Source: an uncultured Planctomycetota bacterium
GTDB lineage: Bacteria; Planctomycetota; PLA2; JAEUHO01
DNA: 64,000 nt
Assembly: GCA_963752285.1 (NCBI GenBank)
Contig: CAVVXN010000005.1
Span: 1,152,001-1,216,000, forward strand
Direction: 5' to 3'
Shown: positions 57,536 through 64,000 of the stretch, piece by piece
Layout of the letters: every line of letters starts with the position of its first letter
Position numbering within the stretch: position 1 is the first letter of the stretch
The notes under the pieces: model-generated
Told to the model about the DNA's origin: nothing
The model's input: the letters and a program-made list of their open reading frames with translations, nothing else
Databases searched by the model: none
Position numbers and translations under genes: made by a program

Positions 57536-60500
57536 CACGGCCCCCCGAGACCACGGAGGCGCTCCTCGACGAAGCGGAGGTTCGCGTCGTCCTCGCCGAC
57601 GCCGGCGCCCCGGGCCGCGTCCAGGTAGCGGCGGTACGCCCGCTCCGCCGCCACGCGCATGGCCTCGCTCTTCGAGCGACCGAGCAGGAGCTCGTTCAGG
57701 AGGCCCCGGTAGCGGTGCCGGTCGTAGAGGCGGTCCGTGCGGTCGAGCTGGTCGAGGGCCTGGAGCGACGCGAAGGCGGCGTTGATCCAGTGCGACTCGT
57801 CGCGCTCCGCCTCGTCGCCCGTCCCCGCGCCGACGCGGAGCAGGTCGTAGGCCGTCGCGACGAGGAGGTAGTGGGCGCGCGCGTGGTCGGGCCAGAGGTC
57901 GATCGCCCGTTCGAAGTCGGCGAGCGCGAGCGCGGGCTGGTGGACCTGCCGCTCTTCCTCGCCCTTGTCCACCGCGGCCTCCGCGTCGAACCACGCCTTC
58001 CTCCGCGCGTCGGGGTCCTGGTCCTCCAGGTTCGCGAGGCGGCTCCGGACGTCGTCCGACTCCTTCACGTGCGGCGCGAGGCGGAGGGCCGCCTCGAGGT
58101 CGGCCTTCTCCTCCTTCAAGTACGCGTCCTTGCGCGCCTTCGCCAACCGCCGCTTCGCCTCCCACGCCTTCGTCGCCGCGCCGAGCTCGTCGGCGGACAG
58201 CGGCGTCCCGTCGGGTCCCGTCGTCGGCGGCGGCGGAGGCTCGCGCTCGGCCATCGCGAGCAGCCGGAAGCGGAGCGCGCGGTCCCGGTGGATCTTCGCG
58301 AGCCCCTCGCCCACCTCGACCGACGCCGGCTCGAGCTCCCGCGCCGTGCGCCACGCCGTGAACGCGTCGTCCACCCGGTTCAGGCGCTGGTACACGTCGC
58401 CGCGGAGCATCCACGGCTCGGCGCGGCCCGAGGCCGCGGCCTCCGCGCGGTCGGCCTGGGCGAGCGCCGTCTTCGTGTCGCCGCGCTCGAGCGCCTGCCG
58501 CCCGATCGCGACCTGGAGGTCGGAGAGGGTCCGCGCCGCCGTGCCGTCCGGGACCCACTCGTACGCCCGCGCGCGCTCGGCGTGACGGATCGCCGACGCG
58601 AGGTCCCCCGCGACGCGCGCCACGCCCGAGGCGTCGAGCCACGTGCGCGGGTCGCGCGGGTCGAGGAGCAGCGCCTTCGTGAGCGTTCGCACGGCCTCGT
58701 CGAGCGCCTCGCGGGCGCGCGTCGAGAAGTACTCCGCCACGTACACGGCGGCCTGGCCGCGGAGGACGGCGGGCTCGCGCGGGTGCCGCTCCCGCAGGTC
58801 GTTCAGGCGCCGGAGCGCCTCGACCCACCGCTGCTGCTGCATCTCGGTCTCGGCGGCGAGGAGGCCGGCCGCGACGAGGTCGGGATGGTCGTCCGCGTGC
58901 TGGGAGAGCGCCCGGGCCGCGGTCTCCGCGGCCCGCTGGGCCAGGCGGAGACCCTTCGGGTCGTCCACCTGGCCCTCCGCGATCGAGAGGCGCGCCTTCG
59001 CGGCCCGCAGGTCGGCGGCGAGGAGGCGGAGGCGCACCAGCGGGTCGTCGGGGCGACGGTCCATGAGCAGGCGGTAGTCGCGTCCCGCGTCGTCCTGCCG
59101 TCCCGCGCGGTCCCGGAGCAGGGCGCGGAGCAGGATGGCGGCGTCGAACACCGCCGGCGCCGGCGTCCCGGTGGCGAGACGCTCCAGCACGGCGCCGTCG
59201 AGCTCGACGGCGCCCGACTCGTCGCCCACGACCGCGAGCGCCGCGGCGCGGCACAGCGCGTCCACCTCGGGCGCGCGCCGGGCGGTGCCCTCGTCGATCG
59301 CGGCGCGGAACCAGTCGAGCTCCTCGGCCAGCGGAAGCAGGCCGAGGTCGAGCCGCCCGGTGGCCTCGTGGATCGCGAGGCGCGCGAGGCGCGCGGCTTC
59401 GCGGTGGTCGTCGTCGCTCTTCGCGCCGCGCTCGCGCCACGCGGCCTCGAGCAGCGCGGCGTCGGCCACGAGGCGCCGGACCCAGGGCGGGCCGTCGGAC
59501 TCGTCGGCGGCGCGGGTGTACCGCGCGCGGGCCTCGTCGAACCGCGCGAGCTCGAGCAGCACGTCGCCGGCCCCGACCTCCGCCTCCCAACGGTGGGGCG
59601 TGACGGCGAGGGCCTGGTCGTAGCGGGCGAGCGCCTCGCGGAGCAGGGCCGTGTCGCGCCTCGCCTTGCCCCGCTCGTACGCCCCGTTCGCGTAGGCCAT
59701 GTGGATGTCGGAGAGGAGCCGCCGGCCCTTCGGGTGGTTCGGCCACCACTCGGTGAGGCGTTTCAGGATCTCCTGGGCCTTCTCGGCGTTCTTGGGGCCT
59801 GCGAGGTACACCTGCGCCTCCGCGAAGAGCAGGTCCGGGCTCGGACCCGTGCGCGCCTCGGCGCGACGGAGCTCGTTCAGCGCGTCCGGCACGCGCCCCT
59901 CGAGCGCGAGCACGTGCGCGAGCTGGAGGCGCGCGTCGAGGAAGTCGGGGTCGCAACGGACGGCGACGCGCAGGTGTCCCTCGGCGAGCGGGAGCGCGTC
60001 CTCGGCGTGCGTCTCGAGGAGCAGGGTGGCGAGGTCGTGGCGCGCCACCGCGGACTCGCCCCACGAACGGACGGCCTGCGCGTACGCGTCGAGCGCCCCC
60101 GCGGGGTCGTGCTGGAGCTCGAGCACCTGGCCGAGACGCACGTACGCCTCCGACACCACCTCGCGCGCGTCCTGGCGCACGATCGGCAGCTCGCGCAACG
60201 AGCGCGCGAGCTCGATCGTGTCGCGCGCGTGGCGTTCGAGCGTGGCGCGCGTGGTCGCGTCGGGCGCGGTCCCCGACGCGCCCACGCCGCCGAGCATCGC
60301 GTCGAGCTCGAGGAGTCTCGACTTGACGAGGATCTCGGGTCGGGGCGCGAGCGCGATCGCGTTCTCTGCGTCGGTCGTCGCGGCGGCCCACCGGCCGAGC
60401 GACGCCTCGGCGTGTCCCGACTGGAACCACGCGAGCGCGCTCTGGGGCTCCTTCGACGTCGCGTCCCGCCACACGGTCGCCGCGTCCCGGAAGGTCGCGG

Positions 60501-61737
60501 TGCGGACGCTCGCCAGCACGCCGAGGACGACGACCAGCGCGCCGAGCACGACCGCGCGGGACCGGAGACGGAGGAGGAGCACGGCGGCGAGCACGTACAC
60601 GCCGATCGCCGGCACGTAGAGGTAGCGGTCGGCCATCAGGATCGCCGTCCGCGGCCAGATCGCGTTCACCGGGAGCCAGCCGAGGATCCAGACGCCCGCG
60701 GCGACGGCGCCGGGCACGAAGCCGCGGCGGAGCGAGAGGACGAGGCCCACGACGGCGCCCGCCAGGGCGAGGAGGCCGAGCCACGGACCCGGCGAGAGCC
60801 ACGTCCCGGCGGGCGAGACCCCGTAGTCGAGCGCGAGGCGCACCGGCACGAGCACGTTCTCGAGGTAGTGGAGGTGGACGCCCATCGCCGCGGCGGCGAG
60901 CGCGCCGAGGGAGACCCCGTGCTCGACCGCGCCCGGGCCGTACGTGACCGCCATGTGGAGGTCGAGACCGACGCCGAGCACCGCGACCACGCCGATCGGG
61001 AGCCACCGCACGATCGCGGCGCGCCACGCCGCGGGTCGTCCCGCCGCACGCTCCCGGGCGCGGTGGAGCGCCTCGTCGAGGAGCAGAACGCCGGCCCAGA
61101 CCCACACGGTGCCCTTCGCGAGCCCGGCGAGGGCGAACAGGACCGCGGCGAGCAGGGCCACGCCTCCCCGCCGGCGCGTGCGGACGTACGCGAGGTGCGC
61201 GGCGAGGACGAGGACGAGCGAGAGGACGTCCTTCCGGCTCGCGATCCACGCGACGCTCTCCACGTGGACGGGGTGCGCGGCGAAGAGGAGGCCCGCCGCC
61301 GTGGCGAGCCACCGGGATCGGAGCCAGCCCTCCAGCACGAGCACGAGGAGGAGCGCGGCGAGCGCGTGGAGAAGGAGGTTCTGGACGTGGCCGACCGCGA
61401 CCGCCGCGTCGCCGAAGAGCGCGTCCACCTTCAGCGAGAGGAAGTAGACGGGCTTGTACGCGTACCAGACCGGCCCGGTCAGCAGCTCGCTGACCGGCGT
61501 CGTCCGGGCGAGGGCGAGCACCTGCGGGTCGTCGTAGTTGAGCGGCTCGAACGACCACACGCCGCCCGCGCCGATCCCGAGGTGCGCGACGATCGCGACG
61601 AGCACCACGAGCGCGAGGCGGCGTCGGCGCGCGCGCGGCGCCTCGGGCCCGGAGGCGCGCTCCGCCCGGGCCGGTCGCCCCGGCGGCGTCGCCGCGACGG
61701 CGGTCGGCTCGGGCGAGGTCCGTTCGCGGGAGGTCAT
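57535..61737 (-). CDS. TMTC-like GT-C membrane glycosyltransferase with long TPR tail (1400 aa)
   Basis: NYDD, YKPV, NLLLH, FAAHPVHVESVAWIASRKD, ADRYLYVP, followed by many TPRs. Confidence 0.82.
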   Translation of the reverse strand: MTSRERTSPEPTAVAATPPGRPARAERASGPEAPRARRRRLALVVLVAIVAHLGIGAGGVWSFEPLNYDDPQVLALARTTPVSELLTGPVWYAYKPVYFLSLKVDALFGDAAVAVGHVQNLLLHALAALLLVLVLEGWLRSRWLATAAGLLFAAHPVHVESVAWIASRKDVLSLVLVLAAHLAYVRTRRRGGVALLAAVLFALAGLAKGTVWVWAGVLLLDEALHRARERAAGRPAAWRAAIVRWLPIGVVAVLGVGLDLHMAVTYGPGAVEHGVSLGALAAAAMGVHLHYLENVLVPVRLALDYGVSPAGTWLSPGPWLGLLALAGAVVGLVLSLRRGFVPGAVAAGVWILGWLPVNAIWPRTAILMADRYLYVPAIGVYVLAAVLLLRLRSRAVVLGALVVVLGVLASVRTATFRDAATVWRDATSKEPQSALAWFQSGHAEASLGRWAAATTDAENAIALAPRPEILVKSRLLELDAMLGGVGASGTAPDATTRATLERHARDTIELARSLRELPIVRQDAREVVSEAYVRLGQVLELQHDPAGALDAYAQAVRSWGESAVARHDLATLLLETHAEDALPLAEGHLRVAVRCDPDFLDARLQLAHVLALEGRVPDALNELRRAEARTGPSPDLLFAEAQVYLAGPKNAEKAQEILKRLTEWWPNHPKGRRLLSDIHMAYANGAYERGKARRDTALLREALARYDQALAVTPHRWEAEVGAGDVLLELARFDEARARYTRAADESDGPPWVRRLVADAALLEAAWRERGAKSDDDHREAARLARLAIHEATGRLDLGLLPLAEELDWFRAAIDEGTARRAPEVDALCRAAALAVVGDESGAVELDGAVLERLATGTPAPAVFDAAILLRALLRDRAGRQDDAGRDYRLLMDRRPDDPLVRLRLLAADLRAAKARLSIAEGQVDDPKGLRLAQRAAETAARALSQHADDHPDLVAAGLLAAETEMQQQRWVEALRRLNDLRERHPREPAVLRGQAAVYVAEYFSTRAREALDEAVRTLTKALLLDPRDPRTWLDASGVARVAGDLASAIRHAERARAYEWVPDGTAARTLSDLQVAIGRQALERGDTKTALAQADRAEAAASGRAEPWMLRGDVYQRLNRVDDAFTAWRTARELEPASVEVGEGLAKIHRDRALRFRLLAMAEREPPPPPTTGPDGTPLSADELGAATKAWEAKRRLAKARKDAYLKEEKADLEAALRLAPHVKESDDVRSRLANLEDQDPDARRKAWFDAEAAVDKGEEERQVHQPALALADFERAIDLWPDHARAHYLLVATAYDLLRVGAGTGDEAERDESHWINAAFASLQALDQLDRTDRLYDRHRYRGLLNELLLGRSKSEAMRVAAERAYRRYLDAARGAGVGEDDANLRFVEERLRGLGGP

Positions 61738-63653
61738 GCGGTCGGCTCGCTTCTCTCGAGGGGGAGGGGGGACGCCGCGCCGGACGCCCGGAGGGCGGGG
61801 CCGCCGTGCCGCTCGGGCCCGGCGTCGAGAAACGTGCGGGCCCAGAGCTCGAACAGCAGGAGGGCGTAGAGGGAGCGGTCGTAGAACGGTACCGGCGCGT
61901 CGAGCCGCCGTCGGACCGCCGCCACGTCCCACCAGCCCCGCTCGCGGAACGCGCGGTCCTCGAGCACCGCGCGGACGAGGCCACGGCCCGGCCCGGCCGC
62001 CGCGCGGGGAAACGGGGTGGGGAAGCCCCGCTTCCTCCGCGACGCCCGCACCGCCTCGGGCACGCGACCGGCGAGCGCGAGCCGGAGCGCGCGCTTCCCC
62101 TCGCCGTCGGGGCCGACGAGGCCCTCGGGCGGGACCCGCGCGGCCGCGCGCGGCACGTCGCCGAGGCAGAGCACCGGCCGGCCCTCGAGCCCGTTCGCCA
62201 TCAGCACCCGGTCCTCGACGTGGAGCAGCGTGGGGAGCGTCCTCTCGACCTCGTCCTCGACGAGCCGCTCGAGCGCGTCGTCCGCGCCGGCGCCGGAGGA
62301 CGGCGCGGGCGGGTCCGCCTCCGGCAGCGACGCGCGGAGCTCCGGCGCGAGGAGCGGGAAGAGGTCCTCTTCGCGGCCGTGCGCCGCGCGGCGGCGGGCG
62401 CCCGCGTCGAGGCCCGCGCGCTCGATCCGCCCCGCGAGCGCGTCGTAGCCCTCGGTCCAGACGCCGTGGCGGCCGAGCGCGAGCGCGGTCCGCGCGTAGC
62501 CGCCGAGGAGCTCGTCGCCGCCGGTGCCGGTGAGCACCACCTTCGTGACCGCCCGGGCGCGCCGCGCGAGGCGCCAGAGCGCGAGCGCCCCCGGGCCCGC
62601 GAGCGGCAGCTCGAGCGCCCCCACCACGGGAACGAGGTCCTCGACGAGGTCTCGGTCCTCGAGGTCCACGACCTCGTGCGCCCAGCCGCCGGCGTCGGCG
62701 GAGAGACGCGCGAGCCCGCTCTCGTCGAAGTCCCCGCCGGCCGGCGCGAAGCGCCCCGTGAACGCGGTGCCGCCGCGCCCCGCGAGGCACGCGACCGCGG
62801 CAGAGTCGAGCCCACCCGAGAGGAAGAGCGCGGGCACGGCGTCCGCGCGAGCCGCCTCCGCCGCCTCGCGCGCCGCGTCGGCGACGGCCTCTCCGAGCGC
62901 CCGGGTCGCGGTCGCGAGCGGCGCGCTCCGGTCGACGAGGTCGCGGACGCCCGTGCCGCCCGCCCAGCGCGTGACGCGCCCGCCACGGTCCACGCGCCAC
63001 GCGCCGCCCGGCCGAACCGTCTCGATCCCGCGAAACGGCGTCGCCACGCCCGGTCGCTGCTCGCGAAGGAGCGTCGCCAGGCCGTCGGCGTCCACGCGCC
63101 GCGCGCCGGGCACGGCGCGGAGCAGCGGTCGGATCTCGGAGGCGACGAACACCGTCTCCTCCGTCTCCGCCACGTGGAGCGGCTTCACCCCGAGCCGGTC
63201 CCGGACGAGCCACGCCTCGTCCCGTTCCAGGTCCCACGCGACGAACGCACCCATCGCCCCTTCGAGCAGCGCCATCGCCGCGGGCCCGTCGAGCGAGCCG
63301 TGGCGCGCGAGGGCCGCGAGGGCCTCGGCGAGGAGCGGTCCGTCGCCCGCGCCTCCGTCCGGCGGCGTCCCGCCGGCCGCGCGCACGAGCCGCTCGAGCC
63401 GCGCGCGCGGCGACCCGAGCACCTCGCCGTTCCACGCGAGCACGATGCGTCCGTCCCGACTGCGAAGGGGCGGGTCCGCGCGCCCGTCGCCCTGCACGGA
63501 GAGCCGCGCCGCGTACACCGCGCCGCGCGCAGTCTCGTAGCGGCCCTCCGCGTCGGGACCGCGGTGGCGGACGTCCGAGAGCATCGCCTCGAGAAGGGTT
63601 CGCGCGGGCGCCGGCGCGCCCCGCCTCCCGAAGGCGGCGACGAAGCCGCACAC
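61734..63653 (-). CDS. Asparagine synthetase B-like glutamine amidotransferase
   Basis: N-terminal MCG, HRGPD, NGE, RDRLGVKPL, LSGGLDS, GGDELLGGY, KRGF. Confidence 0.9.
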   Translation of the reverse strand: MCGFVAAFGRRGAPAPARTLLEAMLSDVRHRGPDAEGRYETARGAVYAARLSVQGDGRADPPLRSRDGRIVLAWNGEVLGSPRARLERLVRAAGGTPPDGGAGDGPLLAEALAALARHGSLDGPAAMALLEGAMGAFVAWDLERDEAWLVRDRLGVKPLHVAETEETVFVASEIRPLLRAVPGARRVDADGLATLLREQRPGVATPFRGIETVRPGGAWRVDRGGRVTRWAGGTGVRDLVDRSAPLATATRALGEAVADAAREAAEAARADAVPALFLSGGLDSAAVACLAGRGGTAFTGRFAPAGGDFDESGLARLSADAGGWAHEVVDLEDRDLVEDLVPVVGALELPLAGPGALALWRLARRARAVTKVVLTGTGGDELLGGYARTALALGRHGVWTEGYDALAGRIERAGLDAGARRRAAHGREEDLFPLLAPELRASLPEADPPAPSSGAGADDALERLVEDEVERTLPTLLHVEDRVLMANGLEGRPVLCLGDVPRAAARVPPEGLVGPDGEGKRALRLALAGRVPEAVRASRRKRGFPTPFPRAAAGPGRGLVRAVLEDRAFRERGWWDVAAVRRRLDAPVPFYDRSLYALLLFELWARTFLDAGPERHGGPALRASGAASPLPLERSEPTA

Positions 63654-64000
63654 TCACGCGCTCCGCTCGCGCCGGGGGGCGCGGGGACCGGGCCCACGCC
63701 CTCCCGCACCGCACCGTCGCGGCACGAGCACCGCGGCCCAGCCGAGCGCGACGGGATCGAACGCGATCCCCGAGACGCGGCCGTTCGACGTGAGGAGCCG
63801 CCGCACGCGCCGGCGCGTGAAGCGGTGCAGGTGCCCCGGCGCGGGCGCGAGCGAGAGCCCGCGCACGAGGCTGCCGAGCCGGGACACCGCGAGCACGCGC
63901 TTCAGGAAGAGGATGGGCCCGTCGGCCGGGAGGTAGACGACCACGCGCCCGCCGGGTGCGAGCACGCGCGCCGCGGCCTCGAGGGCCTCGGACGGCCGCG
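63654..64000 (-). CDS. Class I SAM-dependent methyltransferase, C-terminal part (truncated by the window edge)
   Basis: ALEAAARVLAPGGRVVV (post-motif II) and HLHRFT..L..LL segments. Confidence 0.65.
   Translation of the reverse strand, partial: RPSEALEAAARVLAPGGRVVVYLPADGPILFLKRVLAVSRLGSLVRGLSLAPAPGHLHRFTRRRVRRLLTSNGRVSGIAFDPVALGWAAVLVPRRCGAGGRGPGPRAPRRERSA

Noticed and set aside
57535..63714. 2059-aa ORF suggesting an AsnB-TMTC fusion
   Set aside because: The AsnB-like protein is in a different frame and ends at 61734. The TMTC-like gene starts at 61737 with an ATGA overlap.

Overview
This is a very GC-rich (roughly three-quarters G+C by eye, not computed), gene-dense bacterial chromosome segment. 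The gene repertoire points to Planctomycetota (inference): PQQ/PDZ and TPR giants, an exported prenyltransferase-fold protein, a TMTC-like protein and multiple prepilin proteins. I support about 50 CDSs, and most long ORFs in the supplied track are GC-rich shadow frames. Housekeeping genes include pcnB, sucCD, ribE, trmD, rplS, a YraN-family gene, lexA, rnpA, yidD, scpB and rsmE. There are three sigma-54 enhancer-binding proteins. I recognised no rRNA, tRNA, CRISPR array, IS or prophage. The most notable region is a minus-strand cluster at about 39.0-56.7 kb. An FHA-GAF-AAA+ activator gene lies directly upstream of a clear -24/-12 promoter. That promoter heads an operon encoding a double-FHA membrane protein, a PilM-PilN fusion, PilO-like and PilP-position TPR proteins, four pilins/pseudopilins, two exported proteins and a parvulin. 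No ATPase, platform protein or secretin is present. Next to it lies a PpiD-like membrane chaperone carrying three tandem GspG-type pseudopilin head motifs inside it. Other oddities are a kinase-less 8-PASTA membrane protein, a SucD with a histone-like basic tail, a repeat-rich lexA leader with a small membrane ORF, divergent trmD/rplS, and a recurrent leaderless-type promoter layout.
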